From an uncultured Sphaerochaeta sp. (GTDB lineage Bacteria; Spirochaetota; Spirochaetia; Sphaerochaetales; Sphaerochaetaceae), in assembly GCA_965140595.1 (NCBI GenBank), contig OZ223274.1, positions 1,806,856-1,870,855 of the forward strand: 64,000 nt of DNA. Reading direction: 5' to 3'. Below, piece after piece: positions 27,979 to 37,622 of this stretch. The notes under the pieces were generated by a model. The model saw nothing but the letters and a program-made list of their open reading frames with translations. It did no database searches and had not been told where the DNA came from. How positions within the stretch are numbered: position 1 is the first letter of the stretch; each line of letters begins with the position of its first letter. A program made the position numbers and the translations under genes.

Positions 27979-29304
27979 TCATCCAATGAACACCTTCTCC
28001 TCAACATACTTGAGTACTGATTGTTTACCCCTGATGCTGGTTGCAATCGTGATGGGTCCAACTCTTCCGATGAACATAACTGCAATAAGAACAAATTTCG
28101 ATGCTGTATGCAAGTGTGGGGTAATACCTGTCGAAAGGCCTACGGTTGCAAAAGCTGAGACGCTCTCAAAGGCAACCTGTAAAAAAGTAAAGCTGTTCTT
28201 TTCTATCAAGAGTAGAGCCGTAACACCAAATCCAAGCACCATTGAGGCCAGCAACAATACCTGAAATGCCTTGAGGATACTCATCTCATCAATTTTTCTT
28301 TTAAAAGCTGAAGGCTCTCTTCTGCTGATCATAGAGCCAAGGCTCAGCAGCAGAGCAAAGGCAGTAGTAGTCTTTATTCCACCTCCTGTAGAACCAGGGG
28401 AGGCTCCAATAAACATCAGGCTCATCATAATGAACTGTCCTACATAACTCATGGAACCAATATCTATGGTATTGAAGCCTGCAGTCCTTGCACTGGTACT
28501 TTGGAAGAAGGCACTCAACAATGAGGTTTTCTCGATGAAAAAGAAAACCAAAGTCCCCAATAGCAGTAGGCTTGTATTCATGAGCAGTACAATCTTACTG
28601 TGTAAGGAAAGGCGTTTCCAACTACGGGCCCTAGCAAGGTCTGCCAACACGAAAAAACCTGTTCCCCCGATGATGATCAAGGCCGAAGTGACCAGATTCA
28701 TGGACAAACTGTTCTTGTAGGCTGTCAGGCTTTGGTACCCGCCTTGGATATCAAAGCCTGCATTGTTGAATGCAGAGATAGTATTGAAGGCCGCGTGGCC
28801 TAAGGCCTGAAGGGGTGCATGAGTATCCTTGAATATGAAGAACTCAATAAGGATACCTAAAGATTGAAATATCAATGAGGCAAGACCAACAGTTTTCACT
28901 ACCTGCATCGTGCCTTTCACTGTTCCCAGATTATAGGCTTCCTTGATGACACTGTACTTGCCTATGGATATAGAGCCGCTGAACATCAGGATAAAAACCA
29001 TGACAGCCGAAGCAAAACCTAACCCCCCAAGCAAAATGAGTAGCGTAATGACAACTCTGCCAAAAAGGGAGAAGGTAGCAGCAACATCGATAGTGACCAG
29101 GCCTGTCACACATACAGCACTTGCAGAGGTAAAGAGTGCATCTATATAGCTGAGGTCCACTCCATTGTTCTGTGCGAAGGGAAGAGAAAGAAGAATCGAC
29201 CCTACTCCAATAATGAGCAAAAACCCCAGTAATAGATATTGATTAGGCAACAGGGCCTTGTGTTTGATTGCACTCATAGTTGAATTTGAGTCTACCATCA
29301 GCAC
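27979..29304 (-). CDS. ktrB: TrkH/KtrB family potassium transporter
   Basis: 441 aa and polytopic with TrkH-type repeats. It lies upstream of ktrA in the same operon. Confidence 0.75.
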   Translation of the reverse strand: MLMVDSNSTMSAIKHKALLPNQYLLLGFLLIIGVGSILLSLPFAQNNGVDLSYIDALFTSASAVCVTGLVTIDVAATFSLFGRVVITLLILLGGLGFASAVMVFILMFSGSISIGKYSVIKEAYNLGTVKGTMQVVKTVGLASLIFQSLGILIEFFIFKDTHAPLQALGHAAFNTISAFNNAGFDIQGGYQSLTAYKNSLSMNLVTSALIIIGGTGFFVLADLARARSWKRLSLHSKIVLLMNTSLLLLGTLVFFFIEKTSLLSAFFQSTSARTAGFNTIDIGSMSYVGQFIMMSLMFIGASPGSTGGGIKTTTAFALLLSLGSMISRREPSAFKRKIDEMSILKAFQVLLLASMVLGFGVTALLLIEKNSFTFLQVAFESVSAFATVGLSTGITPHLHTASKFVLIAVMFIGRVGPITIATSIRGKQSVLKYVEEKVFIG

Positions 29305-29414
29305 AAATCTAACACAATACGTAAAGCAATAGGGTCCCTATCATTTGCCGACAAACACATTTGATGCTATATTGAAGTATAACTGGAACTTATCCAGACA
29401 AAGTGAGGAAAGAC

Positions 29415-29927
29415 ATGATTGATAAAAAAATAGTGACTCTGCTGAACGAACAGATAAACAAAGAGTTCTTCTCTGCCTATCTCTATCTAGATATGGCAAA
29501 TTATTACGCACACAAAAACCTTCTGGGCTATGAAAACTGGTTCAAGGTACAAGCTCAGGAAGAGATGGCTCACGCCCTGCTCTTTAGGCAGTACCTCTTG
29601 AACAATGGCTATGCCGTCGAGTTTTCTACCATTGGAGACCCCACCAAGAAGTATGAGGACAACAAAGCTCCCCTGCTTGAAGCTTTGAAGCATGAAGAGT
29701 ACGTTACTGCTTCCATAAACACTATCTATGAACAAGCGGTACTTCTCAAGGACTACAGGACACTGCAATTCCTGGACTGGTTTGTTAAGGAACAGGGAGA
29801 AGAGGAAATGAATGCACAGGATAATATCCAGAAATATGAACTCTTCGGATCTGATCCCAAAAGCCTCTATATGCTCGATAAGGAGCTGCTATTGCGAGTC
29901 TTTGTTGCCCCTTCCCTGATAATCTAG
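29415..29927 (+). CDS. Ferritin (non-haem, ferritin-like diiron)
   Basis: ATG 29415 is preferred after a GAGGAAA RBS; the GTG ORF starts at 29403. It has ferritin ferroxidase ligand spacing (E..EE.AH). Confidence 0.75.
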   Translation: MIDKKIVTLLNEQINKEFFSAYLYLDMANYYAHKNLLGYENWFKVQAQEEMAHALLFRQYLLNNGYAVEFSTIGDPTKKYEDNKAPLLEALKHEEYVTASINTIYEQAVLLKDYRTLQFLDWFVKEQGEEEMNAQDNIQKYELFGSDPKSLYMLDKELLLRVFVAPSLII

Positions 29928-29944
29928 AACAAACACGACAAACA

Positions 29945-29980
29945 CCCGCTTTTCTGAAGGCGGGTGTTGCTTTTTTAGAC
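29945..29980 (+). terminator. Rho-independent terminator after the ferritin gene (CACCCGC...GCGGGTG followed by a T-run)
   Basis: A hairpin plus TTTTTT was seen. Confidence 0.55.
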
Positions 29981-30001
29981 CATTGCATCAAAGGAGTCCC
30001 T

Positions 30002-30847
30002 ATGCAAAGCAAACCTATCAAGAAGACTACAGGCGGATCAGTGCAGTATGACGGCGCTGGTGTTAAGCTTGTCAGGGTAATTGGCAATCAAGATGTCTAT
30101 GACTTCGATCCTTTCTTGATGCTTGATGCATTTGACTCAACTGACCCCAAAGATTACATAAAAGGGTTTCCCTGGCATCCACACCGTGGAATTGAGACTG
30201 TCACCTATCTGATAAGCGGTGAGATCGAACATGGGGATAGCTTGGGTAACGAGGGGACCATTAATGACGGGTGCTGCCAGTGGATGACCTCAGGAAGTGG
30301 CATCATTCACCAGGAGATGCCAAAAGAATCCAAGCGAATCCTTGGTAGCCAGCTATGGATCAACCTGCCCCAGAGAGACAAGATGACCGAGCCTGTCTAC
30401 AGGGATATTCGTTCTGAGCAGATTCCCACTGTCAATGAAGAGGACACTGAGGTACACATAATCAGCGGCACCTATGCAGGAACCAATGGGCCTGAGCAAG
30501 GTGACTTTGTCAAGACCATCTACCTCGATGTGAAGCTCAGTCCCAATAAAAAGTGGACTTTCGAAGTCGATCCCAGAAAGACTGTCTTCTGCTATATGGT
30601 GGAAGGCTCTGCCTTGGTAAGCGAATCCAAGCAAAAGATCGAAAGGGGTTTGGGCGTCCTGTTTGGAGAAGGTGATACAATTGACATCACAGCCACAGAG
30701 GAAGGCATCCGCTTCTTTCTGTATGCAGCTACCCCACTGAAGGAGAGCATTGCCTGGAGAGGTCCTATTGTTATGAACACCCAAGACGAACTCAAACTTG
30801 CTTCCAAGGAATTGCGGGAAGGCACGTTCATCAAACATACCAGATAA
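30002..30847 (+). CDS. Pirin family protein (cupin)
   Basis: It has the motif FPWHPHRGIETVTYL..G...H.D and is 281 aa. Confidence 0.8.
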   Translation: MQSKPIKKTTGGSVQYDGAGVKLVRVIGNQDVYDFDPFLMLDAFDSTDPKDYIKGFPWHPHRGIETVTYLISGEIEHGDSLGNEGTINDGCCQWMTSGSGIIHQEMPKESKRILGSQLWINLPQRDKMTEPVYRDIRSEQIPTVNEEDTEVHIISGTYAGTNGPEQGDFVKTIYLDVKLSPNKKWTFEVDPRKTVFCYMVEGSALVSESKQKIERGLGVLFGEGDTIDITATEEGIRFFLYAATPLKESIAWRGPIVMNTQDELKLASKELREGTFIKHTR

Positions 30848-30873
30848 AAAAAATCTGAAATCTGAGCAGCAGT

Positions 30874-30906
30874 ATCTCTCTTCATGATGAAGAGAGATTT
30901 CTTTAT
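30874..30906 (+). terminator. Terminator hairpin after pirin (ATCTCTCTTCAT / ATGAAGAGAGAT followed by TTCTTTAT); a second 16-bp perfect palindrome follows at 30925..30959
   Basis: Inverted repeats were seen in the sequence. Confidence 0.5.
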
Positions 30907-30982
30907 GCCAAGCTTACCATAGGGCATCATGCTCCTTTTCTGAAAAAGGAGCATGATGTGAAAGTTTGGATGAATGAATTTC

Positions 30983-31016
30983 TTGACATTGTACTAATGA
31001 ACCCGTACAATAGTAC
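30983..31016 (+). promoter_or_regulatory. Sigma70-type promoter (TTGACA-17-TACAAT) overlapped by three GTAC motifs (GTACTAATGAACCCGTACAATAGTAC), a GntR-type operator candidate
   Basis: Consensus hexamers with a 17-nt spacer were seen. GntR operators follow GT-N-AC. Coordinates are plus or minus 1 nt. Confidence 0.5.
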
Positions 31017-31032
31017 AAGAAAGGAAAACCAA

Positions 31033-31452
31033 GTGAAACCAGCAGGCGAAAGCAGACTTGAATTCAGTTTAGATATGAAGAGCGGAGTCCCATTCTACAA
31101 GCAGATCATCTTCCAAGTGGAGATGGCCATCGCTGATGGAAGATTAGAGAAAGGCGCTCAGTTGCCCACAGTCAGAAGCCTTGCTGTAGACTTGAGTATC
31201 AATCCCAATACGGTAGCCCGTGCTTATGCCGAGATGGAAATCCGCAACATCGTTGTCACCCAGCAGGGTTCAGGAACCTTCATCAGCGACAAGAAAGTCA
31301 ATCTCAATGCAATAGAACGCGAACAGGTGCTTACGCAGATTACCAAGGTCTATCTCACCAAGGCAGCATCCTTTGGATTCTCCCTGGAAGAGATTTTTGC
31401 AAATATCAATGATTTGGGCTCTGAATTGAAGCGAAAAAAGGAAACAGTATGA
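31033..31452 (+). CDS. GntR-family transcriptional regulator, YtrA-like (short wHTH)
   Basis: The start is at GTG 31033 after an AAGGAAA RBS and downstream of the promoter. The ATG at 30958 lies upstream of the -10. It has the HTH motif LPTVRSLAVDLSINPNTVARAY. Confidence 0.65.
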   Translation: MKPAGESRLEFSLDMKSGVPFYKQIIFQVEMAIADGRLEKGAQLPTVRSLAVDLSINPNTVARAYAEMEIRNIVVTQQGSGTFISDKKVNLNAIEREQVLTQITKVYLTKAASFGFSLEEIFANINDLGSELKRKKETV

Positions 31453-32552
31453 ATTTTTACCAGAAGAAGTTTGACAGGATCAAGAACATCAAGACATTCA
31501 GCCTCAAGAAGGACTTCAATTTTGGAGCAATCTCCTTCTTTTCTTTAGCGAGCTTTATGGGCGTCGGTGCATGGGTACAGTTGCTTATCTTCCCATCCTT
31601 TCCCTTGGAGGGCATTATCCTACTTGTCTCTTTCGTTTTGGTGATGGCCCTCATCACCGCACTTCTGCCGATGTGGCTTACTACCATTGCCTTGCTCCTA
31701 ATCATGTGGATATCAGTAATGGGACAGCTATCCCCCTACCTCTACCCTCTTGCAATCTTTGCAACGGTGGGCATTCTCCTATCAAGTGGCATCCAGCTGA
31801 TACAACACTGGGACAAGGTCGTTGTCCTGCGCCTTGGAAAATTCAAGAAGGTACATGGGACAGGTCTCTTTTTCCTCATTCCCATGGTAGACAGGATTGC
31901 TGAGTTTGTAGACATGCGCATTAGGGCGACAGATTTCAGTGCGGAGAAGACGCTCACCAAGGACACCGTCCCAGTTCATGTCGACGCTCTCGCATTCTGG
32001 ATGATCTGGGATGCCAAGAAGGCCATCCTAGAGGTAGAAAACTACACTGAGGCGGTAATCCTTTCTGCACAAACAGCCCTTCGAGACTCCATTGGGAAAT
32101 ATAAGTTGTCTTCACTGCTTTCCGAACGGGAAGAGTTGGGCAGGGAAATCCAGCAGTCACTCGATGCAAAAACCAACCCATGGGGAGTAACCATCCTCTC
32201 GGTAGAGATTACTGACATCATCATCCCCAAGGAGCTGGAAAACTCCCTAAGCAAACAGGCTCAGGCAGAGAGGGAAAAAGAATCAAGAATCATTCTAGGG
32301 GCTGCTGAAGTGGAAATTGCCAAGAAGTTCACCGAAGCATCAAAAGAATATGCAAATGACCCAGTGGCCTTACAACTTCGTTCCATGAACATGATCTATG
32401 AAGGCATCAGGCAGAACAACTCAATGATGCTCTTGCCGGCTTCCATCCTCGACCATATGGATTTGGGAGCAGTATTGGGAAGTGCTGCCATACAGAAAAC
32501 CCAAGAATCCAATAATTCACAGCAACCTAAAACACAACCCATTGAGGAGTAG
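31449..32552 (+). CDS. SPFH/band-7 (stomatin/HflC-like) membrane protein
   Basis: It has N-terminal TM helices and an SPFH domain with a coiled-coil tail (QAQAEREKESR). Confidence 0.7.
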   Translation: MNFYQKKFDRIKNIKTFSLKKDFNFGAISFFSLASFMGVGAWVQLLIFPSFPLEGIILLVSFVLVMALITALLPMWLTTIALLLIMWISVMGQLSPYLYPLAIFATVGILLSSGIQLIQHWDKVVVLRLGKFKKVHGTGLFFLIPMVDRIAEFVDMRIRATDFSAEKTLTKDTVPVHVDALAFWMIWDAKKAILEVENYTEAVILSAQTALRDSIGKYKLSSLLSEREELGREIQQSLDAKTNPWGVTILSVEITDIIIPKELENSLSKQAQAEREKESRIILGAAEVEIAKKFTEASKEYANDPVALQLRSMNMIYEGIRQNNSMMLLPASILDHMDLGAVLGSAAIQKTQESNNSQQPKTQPIEE

Positions 32553-32555
32553 ATC

Positions 32556-33239
32556 ATGATCAGGATAGAAAACGTTTCCCGTAACTACAAAACAGGAGAG
32601 ACTGTCGTTAAGGCACTAAAAAAAGTATCTCTTGATATTGCCGATGGGGAATTCCTCTCCATTGCTGGTCCTTCAGGGTCAGGGAAGACCACATTGCTCA
32701 ATCTTATCGGTTGTATCGATGCCTTGGACGAAGGGGAGATTACCATCAATGGGGAAAAAGTTACCACAATGGGGAAAAAGGGTATGACCGAGTTCCGCAG
32801 GAACAACCTCGGTTTTGTATTCCAGACCTACAATCTCATCCCTGTTCTCTCTGCCTATGAAAATGTTGCCTTCGTGCTCTCAATCCTCAATATCGGTGAA
32901 GAGGAGACAAAAAAACGCACTATGGCCATCCTCAAAGAGGTCGGACTGGAAGGAATGGAAAACCGCCGTCCTGGCAAACTCAGCGGAGGACAGCAACAAC
33001 GAGTCGCCATTGCCAGAGCCCTGATCAAGAACCCCCAGATTGTCCTAGCAGACGAACCGACAGCAAACCTCGATTCAAAGACAGGTGAAGGAATCCTCCG
33101 TCTCATGAAAAACATGAACGAGAAGTACAAGACCACTTTCATTTTTTCAACCCATGACCAGATGGTCATGGACTACGCCTCCCGTCTGGTTCTTCTCCAT
33201 GATGGAACCATCATCAGCGATGAAAGGAGGAATGGATGA
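32556..33239 (+). CDS. ABC transporter ATP-binding protein, MacB/LolD-like
   Basis: It has Walker [10 protein letters not shown], the signature [15 protein letters not shown] and Walker B VLADEPT. Confidence 0.85.
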   Translation: MIRIENVSRNYKTGETVVKALKKVSLDIADGEFLSIAGPSGSGKTTLLNLIGCIDALDEGEITINGEKVTTMGKKGMTEFRRNNLGFVFQTYNLIPVLSAYENVAFVLSILNIGEEETKKRTMAILKEVGLEGMENRRPGKLSGGQQQRVAIARALIKNPQIVLADEPTANLDSKTGEGILRLMKNMNEKYKTTFIFSTHDQMVMDYASRLVLLHDGTIISDERRNG

Positions 33240-34495
33240 AATTCATCTTCACCCTCGCGATGAAGAATCTGGCCCGATATAAAAGGCGTACTGCCATCAC
33301 TGCAATCGCCATTGCATTTGGCCTGATGATGTACCTTATTGTCGATTCCATGCTCCTGGGAGTCGAACAGGAATCGGTGCGTAACCTGATCTGGTACGAA
33401 ACATCATCGGTGAGAATACATCAGAAGGATTACTGGCCTGACAGACTGCTCTTCCCCTTGGAAGAGGGAATTGAAAATCCCGAGAAGGTCATCGACATCC
33501 TCAAGAAAGATGGCTATACAGCAACCGAACGTACCCTGTTCAAGGCTGATATGATCCTCTATAGCGATGACTTTGGGGAAGAAGGAAACCTGTCAGTAAT
33601 GGTAACAGGCATCGACTCCGAGACGGACAACCAGGTCTTTCACTTTGAAGACACCCTTGTTGAAGGGAGGCTACTCAACAAAGGCGAAAAGGATGGCATC
33701 CTCATGGGATCCTGGCTTGCTGAAGACATAGGGGCAAAGGTCGGGTACTGGGTCACCCTGGTCACCAGGGGAAACGGAGGCTTTTTTGAAGCAATCGATG
33801 TCCAGATTGTAGGTATCGTCAACTGCCCCAACCCCAATGTGAACCGCACACTCATCATGATGGACAAGGATACTGCTGGCACTGTCTTAGGTATGGATGG
33901 AGCAGTTACTGAGATAGATATCCTGCTGCCTAACCGCTCTGATGTCGACGTTGAGGTTATAAGAATACAGGCGAGCCTTGATTCTCATGGCTTTAATGAC
34001 CTTGAGGCAAGGAGCTGGAGAGAATTGGCCAAAGACTACCTGGCAATAACCGAGGCAAAGCGTGGGGGGACAGGAATAATCCTCTTTCTGGTATTCATTA
34101 TCGCTGCTGTGGGCATATCAAACACCATGCTTATGGCAATGTACGAACGTACACGCGAGCTAGGTATGATGAGAGCCCTAGGTATGAAGGACAACGATAT
34201 TCGCCTTTCGTTCATCATTGAAGCGGGTGGCATAGGTCTGGTTGGATCGCTTGTGGGGATAGCCATGGGAGCGCTTGTAAACATCTACATAGCCAACGTA
34301 GGTATCGATTTTGGGTTCCTAATGCGTGATATGGACATTGGCTATAGAATCCAAAGCATTATGCGAGGGACATGGAGCTTTAAGTCGTTTGTCATGACAT
34401 TCGTCTCAGGTATCACCCTTTCCATGATTGTATCGATCATCCCCATCAGGCGCTCACTCAAGATGGATATCCCTTCTTGCCTCAGACACCAATAG
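33236..34495 (+). CDS. ABC transporter permease, FtsX/MacB-type (4 TM plus a periplasmic domain)
   Basis: It has the FtsX topology and conserved C-terminus. It is a paralog of 37623..38876. Confidence 0.8.
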   Translation: MKFIFTLAMKNLARYKRRTAITAIAIAFGLMMYLIVDSMLLGVEQESVRNLIWYETSSVRIHQKDYWPDRLLFPLEEGIENPEKVIDILKKDGYTATERTLFKADMILYSDDFGEEGNLSVMVTGIDSETDNQVFHFEDTLVEGRLLNKGEKDGILMGSWLAEDIGAKVGYWVTLVTRGNGGFFEAIDVQIVGIVNCPNPNVNRTLIMMDKDTAGTVLGMDGAVTEIDILLPNRSDVDVEVIRIQASLDSHGFNDLEARSWRELAKDYLAITEAKRGGTGIILFLVFIIAAVGISNTMLMAMYERTRELGMMRALGMKDNDIRLSFIIEAGGIGLVGSLVGIAMGALVNIYIANVGIDFGFLMRDMDIGYRIQSIMRGTWSFKSFVMTFVSGITLSMIVSIIPIRRSLKMDIPSCLRHQ

Positions 34496-34507
34496 GAGAA
34501 TGCAACG

Positions 34508-35743
34508 ATGATGACAAACCTTCCGAAACTAGCTTTCCGGAACATATTCAGGAATCTGAGGCGTTCAATCCTCTCAGCTGTTGCCATTGCAGTATCAGCG
34601 ATGAGCATCGTCATGCTCTTCGGTCTGCTCGATGGTATGGAAACTGACATGGCCAACAACCTCAAATCCTACTATACGGGACAGATACGTATACAGAACG
34701 CTGATTTTGAGAAGTATGAACGCTACAACCCTCTGCATCTTGGAGTCGACTGGACAAACATTGAGCCCATCCTGGCAAAAAACAACAATGTGCGTGCTGC
34801 AACGCCAAGAATCAACTTCCCTGCAAATATGTACCTAGGGGAGAAAACCCATGCGATCATGGGTGTCGGTGTGGATTTCACCAAAGAGGAGGCCTTCATT
34901 GACTTTCCCTCCTTGGTCAAAGAAGGCAGACTGCCTGAAACAGGGAAGAACGAGATTCTGATGGGCTTTGCACTCGCAAATGACATGCATCTCACCCTCG
35001 GGGACAAGGTAACGTTGTTGAGCACTACTGCAACAAGAGGAAGCAATGCCTTCACATTCCAGATTGTAGGTATCGCAGGCTTCCCTGTCGCCAGCCTCAA
35101 TGCAAACACGGTTTGGGCACCGATAGACCGGATCCAGAGGTTTCTCGGCATGGATGGAATCACCCAGGAGATTCTGATAATGCTTGAAAATGGAACAGAT
35201 GAGAAACTAGTGGCAACCCAAATAGATAATGAAATCGAGAGAACATTGGGTATTCCAACCGACACCCGTTCCTGGAGAGACCTTAACAAATTATACAGTA
35301 TGTTCATGATAGCCAAGGTCGCATACTATTTCATCGCCATGTTCTTTTTTGTTCTGGGTAGTACGGTCATCATCAACACAACCATGATGGTCATCTTTGA
35401 GAGGATGCGCGAGATCGGGACACTCTCTGCTTTAGGGATGCAAGGGTCCGAACTGACCAGACTTTTTCTGCTTGAAGGCTTCTTCATCAGTGTCATCGGC
35501 TCGTTTGTCGGTGCCCTGATCGGATTCATCGGCACCTACTATATGGGCAAAGTAGGACTAGACTTCACAGAAGCCTTCAGTGGTATCGATATAGAAATTT
35601 CCTCTATCCTTTATCCTGAGACAAACATAGTGAAAGCCATTATTATCTGGGCCTATGCTGTAGTCATATCCACCTTGTCAACATTCATCCCTTCTCGTCA
35701 CGCTTCAAAAATTCAACCTGTGGAGGCTTTACGTTATGTATAA
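34508..35743 (+). CDS. ABC transporter permease, FtsX/MacB-type (second, divergent permease)
   Basis: It has the FtsX topology (MacB_PCD plus FtsX). Confidence 0.8.
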   Translation: MMTNLPKLAFRNIFRNLRRSILSAVAIAVSAMSIVMLFGLLDGMETDMANNLKSYYTGQIRIQNADFEKYERYNPLHLGVDWTNIEPILAKNNNVRAATPRINFPANMYLGEKTHAIMGVGVDFTKEEAFIDFPSLVKEGRLPETGKNEILMGFALANDMHLTLGDKVTLLSTTATRGSNAFTFQIVGIAGFPVASLNANTVWAPIDRIQRFLGMDGITQEILIMLENGTDEKLVATQIDNEIERTLGIPTDTRSWRDLNKLYSMFMIAKVAYYFIAMFFFVLGSTVIINTTMMVIFERMREIGTLSALGMQGSELTRLFLLEGFFISVIGSFVGALIGFIGTYYMGKVGLDFTEAFSGIDIEISSILYPETNIVKAIIIWAYAVVISTLSTFIPSRHASKIQPVEALRYV

Positions 35744-36482
35744 AAAACTACCTACCCTACTTCTTGCAATTCTGCTGTTGCTGATTGTTCCCTCTGCTCT
35801 ATTCGCCCTTAGTGCCGAAGAAATCATAGGAAGAATGGACAGCATGGCAACCTTCGACACCACCTTCTCCACAGGATCCATCCAGACAACAGACCGTTTT
35901 GGAACAAAAACCAGCCTCTTCAAATCATGGAGTCAGGGAAAAAACGACTCGCTGATCGAGTTCACCAGCAAGGCTGAACGCGGACAGAAGGTCCTCCGTA
36001 CTGAGGGGAGTCTCTATCTCTTTTACCCTGATGCAGAGCAGATCATCCGGATGCAAGGAGCGGCCCTACGTCAAGCCATGTTAGGATCGGACATTTCCTA
36101 TGAGGACATGACCGAGGAAAAAAACACCCTGGACAACTACACGGCCAAGCTTGAAGGTTTGGAAACCTTCAAAGGGAGGGAGTGCCATGTACTGACCCTT
36201 ACAGCCAAAACAAGGACTGTGGCCTACCCGATCCAGAAGATCTGGGTCGACACAGAGTCATTCCTGACATGGAAGGGCGAGTACTCCACCCAAGCAGGAA
36301 GGCTTCTCAAGGAGATGGAGGTATTGGAAACCTTCAAATCAGGGGACAGGGTACTTCCGAAGCAGACCAAGATTGCAGACAAGATGAAGAAAGACTCTTC
36401 CACTCTCATGACGATAGATACATTTGAAGCAAACCCAACGCTGGACAGAAGCATCTTTACCTTGGAGAACCTCACATGGTAA
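35736..36482 (+). CDS. Outer membrane lipoprotein-sorting (LolA-like) periplasmic protein
   Basis: It has a signal peptide and the GSDISYEDM motif (compare GSDFSYADM at 20594). Confidence 0.55.
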   Translation: MYKKLPTLLLAILLLLIVPSALFALSAEEIIGRMDSMATFDTTFSTGSIQTTDRFGTKTSLFKSWSQGKNDSLIEFTSKAERGQKVLRTEGSLYLFYPDAEQIIRMQGAALRQAMLGSDISYEDMTEEKNTLDNYTAKLEGLETFKGRECHVLTLTAKTRTVAYPIQKIWVDTESFLTWKGEYSTQAGRLLKEMEVLETFKSGDRVLPKQTKIADKMKKDSSTLMTIDTFEANPTLDRSIFTLENLTW

Positions 36483-37609
36483 GCAGGACCAAGAAACATA
36501 AAATTCCCTTCATTTGCTTTTGTTTGCTGGCCCTGTCTTCACTAGGGGCAGCAGAAAATCCTGTGATAAGCATGAACCTGTTGCCAACAGTGGCCTACAA
36601 GGCAAATGACGATAGCTGGTCTGAATTCATGCTTGCAGACCTTTCCCTCTCCCTCTCTTCCAAGCGAGAAGGGAATGTCCGAGGGGAAGTTGTGCTGAAA
36701 GGCAACTCCCTTGAAACTCCCTCTACCTTTGATGATGTGCTGTATAAGGCATACTTTAAAGCCCGCTTTCCCTCCTTCCGCCTTACAGCGGGTAAAACAC
36801 GACTCTCTTGGGGTGATGGCATGCTTTTCAATGCAGGTGATGTGCTGTATGGAAGCAACTCCACCTCGGTCTCCCTGACCCAGGCGGAGCTGAGAAGCAC
36901 TACGAATTGGCTGGCCTCAATCAACTATCCCTTGGGATTCTTCTCATTTGCAGAAGCTGTGGTGATGCCCTCTGACACTCATAACCCCACAGAGATGCTA
37001 TTCGGAGCTAGATATTATACCACCGTCAAAGATGTAAAGGTCGAGATAGGATATGCTACCAACACTCCAGAAACCACAACAGTACGTCTGCATAAACCCT
37101 ATCTGAGCCTGCAGGGCAATCTCGGCATTGACTGGTACCTCTCCTCCTCGGTAGCTATCCCGGTAGCTGGAGATATAGCACAGGAAAGCGGTGAGTCCTG
37201 GATGATAAGTGCAGGGATTTTCCACCTAGTCACCCTACCTTTTGACATGTCGCTCACCCTTAGACTGGAACTTCTTGCCAGGCCTTTCGGCATATGGGAA
37301 ACAGGTCCAGTCACAGACGGGACAGCAGCAATCTTGCTCTATCCTGAACTTGGTTTTACCTATTCACCTTCACTGTCATTCAGTCTTCGCTCGATTATTT
37401 CGCCCTTGGATATTTCTGCCAAGAGTATCCTTGGCATGAGTTGGAATATCTTTGATGCTTTCAACCTCATAAGCAATATCGCCCTAGTTACTGGTGATGA
37501 GGGGGATCTGTTCGCCTGGACCACAACTGATCCTACAAACCCAACTTCTTCCGACCCTACAAAACCAGCTTCCTTCTCTGTAACAATTGGCAGCAGCTGG
37601 GTTTTCTAA
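36476..37609 (+). CDS. Predicted outer-membrane beta-barrel protein
   Basis: It has a signal peptide, a beta-rich sequence and a C-terminal ..SSWVF. Its start overlaps the upstream stop. Confidence 0.45.
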   Translation: MVSRTKKHKIPFICFCLLALSSLGAAENPVISMNLLPTVAYKANDDSWSEFMLADLSLSLSSKREGNVRGEVVLKGNSLETPSTFDDVLYKAYFKARFPSFRLTAGKTRLSWGDGMLFNAGDVLYGSNSTSVSLTQAELRSTTNWLASINYPLGFFSFAEAVVMPSDTHNPTEMLFGARYYTTVKDVKVEIGYATNTPETTTVRLHKPYLSLQGNLGIDWYLSSSVAIPVAGDIAQESGESWMISAGIFHLVTLPFDMSLTLRLELLARPFGIWETGPVTDGTAAILLYPELGFTYSPSLSFSLRSIISPLDISAKSILGMSWNIFDAFNLISNIALVTGDEGDLFAWTTTDPTNPTSSDPTKPASFSVTIGSSWVF

Positions 37610-37622
37610 CAAGGAGATATCT

